Assembly: GCA_024704765.1 (NCBI GenBank)
Contig: JAKMXF010000344.1
Span: 142,537-206,536 of the forward strand
Reading direction: 5' to 3'
DNA length: 64,000 nt
DNA from: Oopsacas minuta
Lineage: Eukaryota > Animalia > Porifera
The first letter of the stretch is position 1. Each line of letters opens with the position of its first letter. Position numbers and translations under genes: made by a program. Of this stretch, positions 14,170 through 28,943 are shown in pieces. The notes beneath the pieces are model-generated. The model saw nothing but the letters and a program-made list of their open reading frames with translations, did no database searches and had not been told where the DNA came from.

Positions 14170-15790
14170 TGGTCTTCAACTTATATCGCCACGCCTGCAA
14201 AGGAGTACTAAACTATAGACATAGACAATTTGACAGAAACAGAGACAAAACGTACTTTGACTTGCAGCCATAATTTTTAGCTGTGTTTGAGAATGACGCG
14301 GTTTCCATAGAAGGTTGCTCCTGCGAGCACTCGCTACTATCTCCGTAAGACTGAACAGCAGCTCCACCTAGACGTCGACGTTGGCGCCAAGATGTACACC
14401 TTCGGCAGAGGTGCAATAATCGGTAGCTTGGCTTCGTTCCGCGCCCAAAATTTGCCGACGTAGGTGTCCATCTTCATGAAAAACCTCATCAATTCGGACA
14501 CGAAACTGTCGTACGCTCCCGTCTAGGCCGTTGACGCTTTTCTTGAGGGGAGGCAGAGTGCCGGCACCGGATGTGCTACATGAACCCGATTCCTGAGTTA
14601 AGGAGCTCCCTGTACTCAGCGTTATCCTTGAAGAAGTAGCACTGCCTTGGATCAAGAAGGGCCACGATCTTGTAGAACGGGTCAAGTCAAGGATCACTAA
14701 ACCTCGCAGCGACGACATTACTGAATGTCCTGCATAAATCAGAGCAGTCAACTGCAAGTTTTTTGGCGAGAATTTCGAGACCGCAGGTCAACAACCCTGA
14801 AGTCGACGATCCCTTCTCTTGCAAATTCCCATTAATTACAACAATAAATGAGATCATCGTTTATATCGAATTCCACCCGCTCGTTCAGCGCCATGATGTT
14901 GGATAGTCCGTGTGTTACATCTCTTCGCTCAGGGAGGAGTTTTTTACACAGATACACCATTTCCTTCCTTTGTCAATCAATGACAATATTTTAGAGCTAC
15001 TGTCCCTTGTAGTGCGATCTTCCTTCCAGATTCCTTTAATGGTTGGCACAGTGGTAGTAAAACAGCAACAGACCATTTTCTCTCAAAGCCGCGGGAAGCG
15101 CGCCCTCACCCGCTGCCAGCAATTTCTTGGACACTTCCGCAAAGTCGCACTCGGTTGGTAGGAGAGCCACCAAATATTCGTCATTGCCATCTGGACAACT
15201 CCATCCCTACCACGTCCTACTTGTTTTTAGCTCAGTGTGCTTGCAATATTCATCAGACTAGTCATCAACGCAGTTCAACTCCATTCATTACGACAGGCCT
15301 TCAGCATGGTAAAATCGTTGTCCTTCTCTAAACGTACCAGTTTGCTTCCCAACTTCCACTTTATTATTGTGGATAGCAAGACTTGGGCGTACCTCCAGGC
15401 GTTATAGATACCACAAAAGCAGTAGCAGTGCAGCGCTACCTCCCTACAGCATCATATGGCATATGATGCCTCTGAAACTCAACCTCCGTCGTGAACCCCA
15501 CCCGTCCATGGTGAGTGCCACGAACCAAGAACTGATGATGAGTTACTTCAGGGGTAATGGAGCCTTGCTTTCGCTTTGCGCTTTGAAGACTTGCTTGATG
15601 TTGGGCTGGTTCAGCAACACTTTGGCCGTAAATTCCACGTAGACCCTGCTGCAGTCTGACGGGTTCTCGGGATACAGATGACGGAAGAGATTCCCTTTCA
15701 TCCTTGACGTCACCGATTGCAGCTTCTGTCACACGTTGCACTTCACTATCTGTCAATCCCCAGTCTCCACGAGACCAAAATAATTTGGGT
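14170..15790 (-). mobile_element. GC-rich hAT transposase remnant (Ac/ZBED-like)
   Basis: Manual minus-strand translation: ALTMDGWGSRRRLSFRGIICH (first catalytic D), TSGWNSI (TRWNS-like), and a C-terminal dimerization domain FWARNEAKLPIIAPL..VYILAPTS...ELLFSL...ARRSNL. TIRs were not found. Confidence 0.75.
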
Positions 15791-15997
15791 CCACTCGACA
15801 TACTCAGTAAAAGGCAACTACTTAGCAATACATGAAAAATGGTGGCAAATAACAAATGATAAATATCAAAAGATGAAACTGACACAGCATCAATGAACAT
15901 TCAAGTGATATATCTCATATCATATACGGCTATATACATCAAAAGGAGATATGTGATATGATGAGGATTGATTTATATCGTTCTGAAATAATATATA

Positions 15998-17302
15998 CAG
16001 GGTAGCCAATAAGTTCTGACCCAAATTAAATACCTGCCATAATGTAAGATATGTAAGTATTCGCTATTTCTAATGAATTATATCTTGGGTAGACAATTTA
16101 TCCACCATCATCTAACACCTTGATTGCATATTAGCCCACACGAGAGTTTTCTCATAACGAATCAGGAAATAGCAGCAATAATTGAACTATTTTCTAATGG
16201 AAAACGTCCAGGAGAAATTTTGAAACTGCTCCATATCCCTAAATCGAGAAGGAAAATTATTGACCACACTATCCAACGTTACAATAAGACTGGGGGCATA
16301 AAAAATATGCCAAGAAGCGGTCGACCAAAGACGGTAACAACTCCAGGGCTGAAAAAAGTTGTGATCTATAGAATACGGCGAAATCCTCGACGATCTCTCC
16401 GGAAATGACCTCTGAGCTCAAAGTTTCACATGGATCGATGCAAAACCTTGTACAAACGACATGCCCCTCAAATCTCTTAAAAGAAGAACAGTTCACTTCC
16501 TTTCTCAGAAAATTGTGAAAAAGAGACTTGCCAGAAGTAAGGGCATGCTGACACGGCTCACAACTCACCTCTTGGAAAATATCATATTTTCTGACGAGAA
16601 ATTAATCACCATAGAAAATGCGACTAATAAGCAGAATGATCGAATATTAGCCCATACGTCTTCGAGCATCACAGAAAAGCATCTGTATGTCAAGCGGACT
16701 CAAAAACCTCAGTCGGTGATGTTTTGTGCCGGAATCTCAGCTAAAGGCCGTACTCCATTGGTTTTTCTCCCAGTAGGGGTAAAAGTAAATCCGTCAACAT
16801 ATCAAAAGTTGATCTGGAGCCTGTGGTGAAAGATTTGAGCAAAACGATGTTTAACAAAGAGCCATTTCTATTCCAGCAAGACAGCACACCGACTCACACA
16901 TCAAACATCTCCCAAAATTGGTTGCGAGAAAACATTCTGGATTTCATTACCAAGGAGGAATGGTCTCCATCAAGCCTAGATTTGAACCCAATGGACTTCT
17001 CAATCTGGTCCATATTGGCGAAAAATGTCTGTGCAAAGTCACATTCAAGTATGGAAGCTCTGAATATGTCTTTGCATCGTGAGTGGGAAAAAATCCACAG
17101 GATAACCTACGATCCGCCGTTGAGGCGTTCCCCCAACGTTTGAAGAGGGTAGTCGAAAAGAATGGCGGTTAGATCCAGTAGCTACTATCGAATGTATTGA
17201 TATAGTTATTCAATAGAAATGGAATAAATCTCAGTGAATATAGTTTGATATTTTTGGAATTGTGAATTTTTATCAATGGGTCAGAAATTCTTGGCCACCC
17301 TG
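15998..17302 (+). mobile_element. maT-family (DD37D) Tc1/mariner element, full length, transposase disrupted
   Basis: TIRs CAGGGTAGCCAATAAGTTCTGACCCA / TGGGTCAGAAATTCTTGGCCACCCTG, both flanked by TA. Motifs IFSDEK and QQDSTPTH...SLDLNPMD have 37 residues between the 2nd and 3rd Asp. Confidence 0.92.
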
Positions 17303-19749
17303 TATATATAATCTATCATTTATCATATGGCATGAATATTCAAAGCCCTGTTTGTGGGAGTAGAGAACGTTATTTTTTATTCATAACACAACTTGGTTGG
17401 ATCTTTGTATATGTGAATACAAATTGGACGATCTTCACATTGTATACGAATTCAACTAATCTCCAAAAATGTTGCTAAACTCACTGTTAAACCTTTGGAT
17501 CATAATACTACAATCAATTTAGAGATGCCATTAACAAAATACCCAAATCTCTTTTCTACAAATTAACACCAGAAATTTCGAATGATCAATTCCTAACTTG
17601 ATAAATTATCAGATCTTTGGAATTAATTTAGTCATTTATAAAAGGAAGCTACTTTGATGAATAATCTTATTGATTTTTATCCTAATATTTTATGTATTGT
17701 CAATTTAGCTATTAAATGCTTTGTTACATTTTTCTATTGGCAATAATTTTCTTCTTAACTTAGAATTTATATATTTATTATTTTTTATTGATTTAAGATA
17801 ATACATAAAGAAATTTGATGATTTATTTTTACCAGTTACAAAGTCAATGATTTGATTTTGACTGATCAGATCCGGGACAGTCAAAGTAATATTTCAACAA
17901 CCGTTACCCTTGGCTAATCCATGTGCCCCCTTTCGATCCCTCTTTATGAGTTTTCCAGCACCCGCCTAAGCAGAAGATGCAAATTTTGCTTAGCGAAAAC
18001 TATCCAGGATAATGCTACAAATGTATAATGGTTTGGTTGTAATAACCCATGATATTGTTTGGCTCCAAACTTATTGAGCACCCCTCTATCAAAAATGTAT
18101 GACGAATTGAAGTCATCAGATTGCATACTAGAAAATTTCCCGTCAAAAATGGCCCTTTGCAAGCGCTGTAGAGCAAATTATTGAATATACGATTACAATT
18201 TTATTACAATGGGATTTCAGGATGCTTATATTCATGATATCAAACTTTAGTGATGATAAAGTTCTAGGGATTCAACAGTCACTCCTGATGGCATATCTTC
18301 TAAATATTCACTAATAACTTGATAACCATCTACGTTATAGCCAAACAATCATACATACAGATAGTATATACCCATCTTCCCATAGCCTGATAATACTTGT
18401 TGATATTATATCTCCCAAGAATTTAGTGCAGTCATTAACAAGTCAACATATGTGAATTTTCTATATTGAGTCATAATCATTAGAGATATCATTTTATAAT
18501 GTAATATCAGGGTGTGAGAATGTTGGTTATTTATAGTGTATAATTGTGTATGTAAGATGATTTTACCATGACTTTAAAGGTGGTCTAGGAATTGGCGAAT
18601 ATTGGCTAATGTTTCTCCATGGTCACTACTATAACTCTAGTAGGTTTGAAATTTATGTTTACAAAATTTGATATATTTATGGAAACATCCTGGCATCCCA
18701 TTGCAAAAATTTCCTATTCATATCTACGATAATTGACACTTCACTGAGCTTTTAATTGGGGCATTTTTGCCCCAATTGGAAGCTCTGTGACGTGTTAATT
18801 TTGTGAGGCCATTTCGTCCTAAAATATTTGTAGATATGCGTTCTGTATATAGTTTAATATCGCTAATACATTTGGTCATGCAAAGGTGTAACATTCTGAT
18901 ACTATCGGAAATGATTCCTTGTTATATAACCCTCTCTCTGGTCAAAGTTTTTTATGGACTATCATTGCCTTAGTATATAGAATGCTATGGTCAAATATTT
19001 ACTTTCCAACACATAAACAAATATTCATTCAAATTTTGGATTCTGATTTACTTACATTAATCTCATATCGTTATTCGTACCCTGTTTCTATCTTCGCAAA
19101 TACAATTTTGTATCTTATTTTATTTTTGTTCCTCTTCTTTTACACTGTGTTGAATCATGATGCAATATTTGAAAGTTTGACCCCTCTATTTATCAAATGG
19201 GATGCCTGTATTCAATTGCACACTGTCTAACATCTATAACTATGCTATTATTAGTTTTTGGTGAAAATATAAATACTTTAAGCCAAAATGTCTGAATTCA
19301 GTACTTGATAAATTTACTGTACTTATATCCTGAATAAGAGAGGAATCGTAAAATGAGAAACTAACACAGTATTTCATAACACTCTAACATAACAATAATG
19401 AACAATCTCTACAATAGTGTATTTGTCAGGTCAATTATTGGGGGTAACTCCCGCACAGCTGGGAACCAGTGGGCTGAAGCATTGTTTCATAAGTAAAAAT
19501 TTTCCATTGTTTTCTCCAAGTATTTAGCTCATGATATTCAGCTCGATTAGTTAATCTATGCTGTAATTATGATTATTGCCGTGAACTTTCTATTACGGTA
19601 TAAGTGATTTTCGTATCCTTCGGCTGTATATATATATATTGTCTAAGTTTTATACCACGTGCATAACGATATATCTCTAGTGAATAAGATTATAATCCAT
19701 ATTATTCGTCATATTACTACAATATACTTGAGGCATTCAATATGTTCCA

Positions 19750-20560
19750 AACCCATTACTAAAATAATGATAAGATCATATTTATATATATATGATTTCA
19801 TGGTATGCTTCAAATATTCGCTCTTCTGCGGGTATGTCTTTAAGCGTCTTATGAAGCTCATGTCCGAGCGCAAGTCTTGTGTCCAAAACCTTACGTGCCA
19901 AGTACTTTTTGACCAAACTGAAAAGCAAAAATCACATGGTGATAGATCAGGACTATATGGAAGATGGGAGAACTCAGCCATTCCCATTTCAAAAACTATT
20001 TCACCGAAAATCTGTATGTGAGTTAGGGCATATCGTGCACTATTCGGATCGCTTTGGACCCACGACTTGGTTTCTTCGAATAGTAATGATTCTCTACCTG
20101 CGTGAAACATTCCTCTACGTAAATTGTCAGGTCATTGTACGCTTCTTTAGAACACAAACGGAAACTACTATCCGATGAAGCGTCAAAGAATATACAGTAT
20201 AGAAAATGTCATTAACACTGCCATTTGAGATATCGAGATATTGAGCAACCTCAGGGATGGTTGAGTGGGGATCGCTTTCTACAATATTCTTGACCATATC
20301 GATGGTATATGGCGTGATAACGGAAATAGGGCGTCCGAACTTTGCCTCATCTTCCAAGCTCTCCGAACCGTCCCTTAACCTCTTGGCCCATTCTTTCACA
20401 CATAAGTACTAAAGACCATCATCCGAATATGATTTCAACTTCTGTTCATGCATATACATCAGTGTTTCACCAAGCCTTGTACAGAACTTTATTACCGCCC
20501 TCTGTTCGAATTTGAAATTAAAGTCTGGGAAGCCATATTATCAAATAGGCTATATAATGT
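19750..20560 (-). mobile_element. Mariner remnant
   Basis: ORF 20127-20399 has EWAKRLRDGSESLEDEAKFGRP (HTH); ORF 19709-20110 has HLPYSPDLSPCDF. The central part is deleted. Confidence 0.85.
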
Positions 20561-20962
20561 ACTATGCAAGAGTTTGTGATATTGACATAATAATAACCCG
20601 AATTGCTAATTTAAACTGTATTTCATAGATAAAGGAGTGGGTAAACATGTATATACACGAATTAGAAAATGAATACATAATTGTGCAACTATAATATAGG
20701 ACCTGGAACTTATTGAGAGCCCTAAGTGTAATTTGATGCAAACAATAATAATCTAGGAGTATCAGGCCCCTTACTTTCTTTTCAATATTAATTCGTTCAG
20801 ATAATACACTCTGGATAAGGATTAGGAATATTTGCAGTCCCCTTGTGTACTTATTAACGAGACTCACCTGTATTGCAAATGACTACATGATGCTAAGGTA
20901 TAATTTGGTTCATTTACAGTATGATACTTAAATAAATTGTTGTCTACAGATCGAATTAATTG

Positions 20963-22832
20963 ATGGCTGCCAGAAGAATTTACAAGCTGTCACCAAATTC
21001 GTTTTTGCCATGTTTGCGGGTACTACATTGGACCTAGGCAAGTTAAGCCTACTATAACACCCGGTACAAAATTGTGAATTGCTTATTATGCCAATTTTGG
21101 CATGTCAATGGGTGATCCTAACAAAATGTGGTCTCCTCACTTCTGCTGTGGATCATGTCGTTCGACCTTAGAAGGATAGCTACGTGGAACCCGAAAGTGT
21201 ATGCCATTTGCAATACCTCGAATTTGGAGAGAACCAGTTAACCACCATGATGAAATCTACTTTACTTTTGTATAGTAGATATTACAAGATATAAAGGAAA
21301 AGATAGAAAACATTGTTTATCCGAACATTCCATCGTCTATTGCCACAATGAAGATCTGCCATTTCCGATTTCTCTTTCTTAGAAATAACTGTTGAACCTG
21401 AGTACATGTCTTCTAGTGAGGAAGATTATATCAGCTTCGGCGAAGACTTATCATGGAAACCACACTTTCCTAACCAGTAAGAATTATTAGACTTTTGGTT
21501 AGAGAATTAGGTCTGGCAAAATCTTATGCGGAGTATTCGAGATCTCGTCTCAGATAATGGAGTTTACTTGATCCTAATTGTTTAGATATCTATCTACAGA
21601 TAACGGCATCTAAAATTTGCATCTTTCTACAAATTTTCGCTTTGTAATTCTTTGTGTTACTATTCTGATGTGGATGACCTTTTTAACGAGATCGGCGTGG
21701 AATACAACCGCTTGAAATTGACTCTATCCAAAGGGTTCCTGCAAATCATATGGACGAGCTCCACTCGCTGGGGAATTCATTTCCCGAAGTTGTTGATCTC
21801 TGGGAAATGAAGAGAAAAGAAAATCTGATGAACGAATACACGTCTAAGCTGAGAGGGAAAAAGATCAGTATCATCAAGAAACAGACATTTTCATCTCCCA
21901 CTACAAAGACCCCCTTCAGATTGGTGTCTCTTCATTGATAGCTCTACAAAAAGTCTAAAGGGTGCTTTGCTTCACAATGGCAATGAATTTCCAACAATTT
22001 CCCTAGCTCACTCAGTTCATTTAAAGGAAAATTATGACAATGTGAAAGATATGATGGAGATGATCAACTATCAAATACACAAATGTGATGTTTGTGGCGA
22101 CTTCAAAATGCTAGGATTTCTACTTGGATTACAGACTGGTTTTATAAAACATTCCTGCTTCCTTTGTTTGTGGAATAGTAGGGAAGATGACCAGCATTAC
22201 GGGAAAAAGATTGGCCCGTCAGAGAGGAGTTGATTCCAGGAACACACAACGTAATTCACAATGCTCTTGTTCAACCAGAGAAGGTGTTGTTACCATCACT
22301 TCACATGCAGTTAGGGCTTGTGAAACAATTCATCAAATCCCTGAATCCTGTTAGTGATGCCTTCAAATATCTTGGTACAATGTTTCCAAAACTGTCTGAG
22401 GGAAAGTAAGAAATGGAATTTTCGTTAGACCTCAAATTAGGCGGATGTTAGCGTGTAGCGAGTTAGAAACCAAAATGAATGTTGTTGAAAAGAGAGCTTG
22501 GCAACTATTTAGGCTTGTAGTTAGTGGATTTTTAGGTAATAGCAAGTCAGAAAATTATGAGGAATTCGTTAATAACTTAATTGCAAGTTATCAACATCAA
22601 GGATGTAGAATGTCACTCAAACTACATTATTTACACTCACACTTGGGCTTCTTCAGGCCAAATTTGGGAGATGTGAGCGAAGAACAAGGTGAACGTTTCC
22701 ACCAAGACATGTTGTCATGGAGAAGAGGTATCAGGGAAAGCTGGACGAACCTATGATGGGAGACTACTTGTGGTGTTTGATACGCAATGCTCCGAGTATA
22801 CAGAAAAGAAGATCTTTAAGAACACATTTTTG
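20963..22832 (+). mobile_element. Chapaev3-like transposase pseudogene, copy 1
   Basis: ATG at 20963 starts MAARRI...SF-CHVCG. Further motifs: LFIDSS, LLHNGNEFP, DFKMLGFLLGLQTGFIKHSCFLCLW, LHMQLGLVKQF, SLKLHYLHSHL...SEEQGERFHQD. The family name is from remembered motifs. Confidence 0.75.
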
Positions 22833-24054
22833 ACTTATACGTACTTATTCCGTTATATAGTATGATATTGATTACAATACAGTAAAATTTCATATAATTA
22901 AGGAACGCATTCGTGTTTAGAAGATTCCCGAGCATTTGTTTAGGGGATGTAATATGGTAAAATATGTATTTTGGATTTATTGAAGAAGTTTCGATTCTGA
23001 TCTAACCATCGATGGAAATTAACAAATATTGCTACTTTTGGTATCCACACACCTTGAAGCAGTGGCAAAATACTGAAATTTAGATAAACAAACCTTTCAT
23101 AAGAATTTGGTGCATTCTGTTATCCAATCCAATAATGTTCAATTTGTTTGCAATAATTATCAGTTGATGAAGTATATTAATAGAAGGGAAGACTGGGGAA
23201 CATTTGATCGGTACAAATTCAAGAGTGTTAAATTCGGAATCAGCATATTGAATCTCCTCTTTTGCTGATTGGAACAATCTTCTATGATTTTTCAAAGGTT
23301 ATATAATCGTGCAAATATATGTATTTTAAATTATCCATGGTTAATTTGAAAAATATAATATTCATAAATATAATAGAAATAATTTAAGTTATCATTAAAT
23401 TTAGATAATCAATGAATGCATATTAATTACAGCACTAGAAGTACCTATTGTTTAACTAATAAATATTTGACATCTAAGAACAATAGAATTATTCCTGATG
23501 ACATAGTGCTATATAATGAATATTTTTTCATTTACTTTCAGCAAAAAACTATAACCAATATAAAAATTCCAAAAGAGTATAAAGGTGTAGAATCCTTTCG
23601 CTTTTGAAAAGATGTAAAATTTTGGCACCTTTCAAAATTTTTTCCTAAAGGTCCGACAAAAGTTTGACCACTGTGAAATAGTGGCGTATGGTGTTCGATT
23701 GATTAGCAAATGGCAGAAGCACACCCGACGAATATCTTCAGTATTTTCGCACCATATATCACCTAAATTATATCCAGTTTTGGCTGCGGGGGCTTTTAAT
23801 GTATGTCTACAGCTATCGTTTTTGGACATGTATTGATTACCAACGTGGCTAATGCCCGTCAAAACATGCCAAATCATTAATTGTCCCGCTGTTTTGTAGC
23901 TTTTCAGATACAAATCTGCTACGTCCCACGATTTCCCGCTATATTCGTACTTTCAGTCTCTCTTTTTTCTTCACTGGCAGGCATTTTATCTGTAATAATG
24001 TGCTGCGTTCTTTGTTCTCATAGATCTGGGTTTCTGCTAGAATCTCTATATGTA

Positions 24055-25405
24055 CAGGGTGTATCATATGTCTTGGCCGGTCAGTAAAATGTAAATAGAA
24101 TTTCCTTTATCGAGTATTTGTTCCAATTATTTGCCAATATAACCACCATTCCTATCTAATACAAGCTGTATCCTAGCTGGCATACTACAAACTGAATTTT
24201 CTAGCAAAATCCGCATCGGCTGACATAGGCCCTTGTTAGCCAGGTGGATTTATTTGTAGAATTAAGTGTTCTAGCTTAGTAGCAGTTGCCATTTGTCCAA
24301 CATGGTCTATCAATATTGATCAGAGGATTTCAATCGAGTTTCAAACTGGCGAGTTACCAGGCCACTCAACCTTCTTCAAAAACCGAGGAAAGTGTTCTAC
24401 ACACCATCTCTGTTTTAAGTTCGCAGTCTGAGGAGGGGCACCATCCTGCATGAATAGCAAATCAGACATGTCAGCAAGCATTGTCTCTCCAGAATAGAAC
24501 CTGTATTTGCAGTTCTGTTTGTAGCATCACTACACGTCTTGGCTAAGATATTATCTCAATAGTAGGCTCCATTTATCGTTTGTTTCGGAGGAATGATGTG
24601 TATTTCTGAAACATCCCTGTGAGACATCATACCCCAGACTTGGATTGTTTTGGGAAATTAAATCTGAACGATAGATTCAATGTTATTTGTATTCCGAGCC
24701 CAGATACGATCGTTTTGACGATTTGGCATGGAGAATGCTTGGAAAGGTGATTCATCTGACGACAACACCTTTTTCCAGTCCCCAATTGTTTAATTTATGT
24801 GATCTTTAGCGAACTGGAGGCGTTTATCCTTCATTTTTGTGTCAATCGAGGTATTTTAGGGCGTTGAATGATTTTACTCCCAAGGAATTGGCCAAATAGC
24901 GATATATACTTGAATACGAAATAGAATATTCCTTACGATTGAGAATAGGTGCAAGTTTACGTGTTCACTTCCCCCTCTTCCCAGAGATTTTGAGATCACT
25001 ATCTTGCAGACCTTTTTCATGGTTGGAATCCTACCAGGACGGAGTATAGTATTTTTGTCTTTTCATTGTTTCTCGTTATTCCACCACCTTTCTATCGAGC
25101 TCAAACCGACACCCAGCCTTGAAACTACTATCTTCTGCTCAATTCCTGTTCTCAGCATGACAATTGCTTTCAGGCGAATGGACAAATCATGACTTTTGAC
25201 ATTGATTTTTCACAATGATAAGAGAAATACAATGAATGAGCTAAAAATACAAATCAAAGTAGAAGTATTTATAAAGAAGTGTATATGCAATACACACACT
25301 TAGTAGTCAAGCGTAGGACAAATAAAGTTCAATAATAAATTGTGGTCTGGTAAAAAACTTTAATCATTTTTTATTCATACCCGCCCAGACATATGATACA
25401 CTCTG
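24055..25405 (-). mobile_element. Tc1-like element, full length, disrupted
   Basis: TIRs CAGGGTGTATCATATGTCTTGGC / GCCCAGACATATGATACACTCTG with TA on both sides. Minus-strand motifs MQDGAPP and WPGNSP..IEILWSI. Confidence 0.88.
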
Positions 25406-25907
25406 TATGTGTGTAGTTTATATGCATGCTATATACACATACACACTTGTTTTTATCTCCAGATCGATTGAAGAACCTGGAAGACCTCAAGTAACTTACT
25501 AAATTATATGTACGTGTGAAATATGGGTTAGAGGTCTTTCCAGGAGTGGATTCACTAAGTATTTGACATTGTAATAGCCATTAGGTCATTAATCTTCTGC
25601 GAAATGTAATGAAGTTTAGCATACAGTAAACTCTCGTCATAACGAGGTGCTCGGTCCTAGGTTTCATTCCTTTTAAGCAGAATTTCTTTGCAAGTGGATT
25701 TTTGTTATCTCTGTGGAGAAAGCAGTTACTATTAAGTAATATGGTAAAAATCAGTTTGGTATAATGGGAACTTTGTTTGAACCAGAGATTAATATACTAG
25801 GGGTTAATATATTTCATAAATCAATATATACATATTAGAATACAAATAGGTGCAAAGACATGTTTAGATGAATCTACATCAATGTTGTTAATTTTGTGTA
25901 AAGATAA

Positions 25908-28032
25908 CACTAGTCAACACGTATTTTGGTGATACGGAAGTTTGACATTTTTTAGTTATATTTTGTACATAGATTCGTAAAATGTCCTCAACTTTGATCA
26001 ATCAGCTCTTGTTTTTGAATATATCCTCTATTGACTTAAACTAATTAATTACTATAATATATCATATACGAATATATATGTCAAGAAATTTTGCCATGAG
26101 CATAAACGTTATCACAAGAATAATACTTTACACAGAAATTCTATGAACAGTAGAAACAATAAATCAACGTCTAAAAAGCGTCTTTTCCGGAACACCCTTG
26201 AGTGAGATTTGCCTGAACAATCTTGCTGAAGACTCCAGCAGCAATCTCCCATCATGTGAATTTCCCACCTTCCCTGGTACCTCCCTTCCATTACCCTGTT
26301 GTCTTGATGGAACCTTTCTCCTTGTTCTTCACTTAGGTCATCCAAGGTTTTCCGGAAAATGATCTAAACGGTTATAGAGGTAATGAATCTTGATGCTCAT
26401 CTTGCAGCCAAGATTATTGAATTTCGAGAGTATGTTGCCTACCAATTCAGCGTAGTTATCTGCTTTGTGGTTGCCCGAAAGATTTTGGGTAACTAATACA
26501 AATGCGGACCAAGCTCCAGATTCAGTGTCATTATGAACCTAATAAAACAGATGTCTTTAATGTGCTTTCTGATCTTGTGGCCATCAAATATTCCAGCTTT
26601 GAGCTTTTCAGTGCTAAGTTCAGGAAATGAACTGCATAGGTAATGGAAGCAGGAATCATCTTTATTCAGAGCTTTAACGAACTGTTTCATGAGGCCCAGT
26701 TTGATGTGCAATGGTGGAAGAATGATCTTTCCCTGTTTGTAATCAGAGGTTTGTAATTCTGTTCATTTCTCCAATTACCATATTCTTTCTCAAGGGCCAA
26801 TCTTTTCTTGTGCAGTGGTTATTTCTTGCTCGGCTATCCCAAACACAAAGGAAGCATGGATATTTTGTGTAGCCACTTTGGTGGTCAATGAGGAAATTAA
26901 CCATCTTTAAGTCAACACAAATTACCCATTGGTAAACATGATTTTTCAGTTCCTCCCTAACCAGTTTGATTGACTCATACTCCTCCTTCATACTGGTTGT
27001 GTAACCAATTGGAATAGAAGCATATTTGTTCTGATTATGGAGCAAAACACATTTCAAACTCCTAGTAGAACTGTCGCTTACAAGGCGCCATTAATTTGGC
27101 CTGTATTCTGGTACCCCCATTTCTTCTAAATGAACTCCAACATCATTGCACCAAACTAGGCTGTAGTCGTTGGAAAATCAAGTCAGTAAAGACTGCTCTC
27201 TGTTACGATAATATGTAATCTTGGTTCCAAGATGAAGTAAATTTTTGTCATTCAACCTGGATGCCAGTACTTCAGAGAATTCTTTCAAGAGGTCGAGATC
27301 CCTGATCAGATCATTTAATTCGAGTTGATCAAACGGTGGAGGACCATCGATGAAATGTCTTCAAAATCGCTATTACTTGAATTAACTTCTGCTTCATGAA
27401 GAATATCTGAATCATTTAGATGAAGGTTAAAAGGCGAAATGGGCACCTCATCTGAGTGTGGAACAGGTCATCTCGCTGACTCTACAAGTTTTAGATACTG
27501 TGTCGGGGCCATAGTTTATCTTGATCCCCAAGCCTGACACAAAATAAGCAAGATATGCCTTATTAACAAAGTGAGAAATAAGTCTTCGCTTTTCTCTCAT
27601 AGTATAGCTACCACAAATATAGCAGAATACACTTGGGTTATTCAAACAACTTCTTCGTGACGAAGCCATGTAATACAACAATATCTACTTAGTATTTGAA
27701 ATGGAAATCAATATTATATGATAACAATTATATCCATAAAATTAGGCATACATAATATGGTTCTAGAATGAATGAAAGATGCAATATTTCAAGACTTAAG
27801 TCAGGCACAAAATTGTTTTGATTTACTAAAGAAAGATGATTTTATTATGGTAATATCCCAACTTTAGCCTACATTAAATGCGAATCAGTATTTCAGGAAA
27901 TATATTGATACTCAAAACTAGAGCTGATAGGTGAAAACCGATCGTAGTATTGAAATCAGCAAATCAAATATACACTATAACAGGGCTAAGTTCTGAGTCA
28001 CCAAGAATGTTTTTCATTTCTTTTGGGCTGCG
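25908..28032 (-). mobile_element. Chapaev3-like element, copy 2
   Basis: ATG at 27669 starts MASSRRSCLNNPSVFCYICG. Further motifs: VLLHNQNKYAS, DLKMVNFL..QSGYTKYPCFLCVWDSR, LHIKLGLMKQF, SEEQGERFHQD. TAA|CACTAGTCAACA left end and TAA after 28032 suggest a 3-bp TSD, but the TIR match is poor. Confidence 0.78.
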
Positions 28033-28943
28033 TAACAAACCACAAAATACATAGTTGGGTAGATTAAGTTTGTTATTATTATGCACTTAGTAACGTGCTC
28101 AACTTTCAGTAAATACCATGTTAGCGAATAGAACTTTGAATTACATTTCGGATTCAGTACTAACTACGCACTTGAAACGCATAGTGAATTCGGTTGCAGA
28201 GGATTGATATACATATTGACAATATTTAAATTATTTATCCCTTGTACCGCAAAAATTCCTCAGGAATGGGACAAAATTCAATTCTCAAAATTTCTCCGAA
28301 ACTCATCGAGTGACACTTTGTTCGAAGCCACTGGCTGGCTGAGTCTAGTTATGGACATAACTGACACATTTCTGGGGAATTTCTGAGTTGGTGGGGAAAA
28401 ATAGCTCTAAATATCCTCAAATATGCTTATCAAGCTGCTAAAATTTGGTGTTGAGCATGAATCAATAATGAGTAGAAGCAGTAGAATTTTTAGCATTGAT
28501 TATCAACACGCGGATAGTATTGGAAACCAAATATATTCTGTATATACAACTTGGCTATAGCGGGAATTTCTTGTAGATTAAGTTTCGATCCCAAACATTA
28601 TTATCACTGACATAACTACATGTAATTGCTGCGAACTACTGGGAATGTGAGTCTGCGTTTAATGAAATGAGAACTTTGCTCTTCGCTTTTCACCTCAATG
28701 TATACTTTATTCTTCTGAGTGATGCCTCATTGCTACAAAATTTGTCCTTTCAAATTATTAATACATTTACATAAGCGAATATTGAAAGATTCAATTCGGA
28801 TTGACTGTACTTTAATTCTAAATAGAAGCAGTTGAAATCAGCAGTCTCAATCAGACCGACTACTGACTTACCTGACAAAAACTGCGAATAGTCTAGTGAA
28901 TGTATCGCGAACAATGAAACACGTACAAAATCTTATCCGCGGA

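Noticed and set aside
14368-15900. Novel GC-rich protein-coding gene or LTR integrase (ORFs 14368-14757 and 15436-15900)
   Set aside because: These are off-frame readings; the hAT motifs lie in other frames across frameshifts.
21870-21913. TIR-domain-like DIFISH text in the 204-bp insertion
   Set aside because: Six residues in a stop-containing frame, with no supporting domain context.
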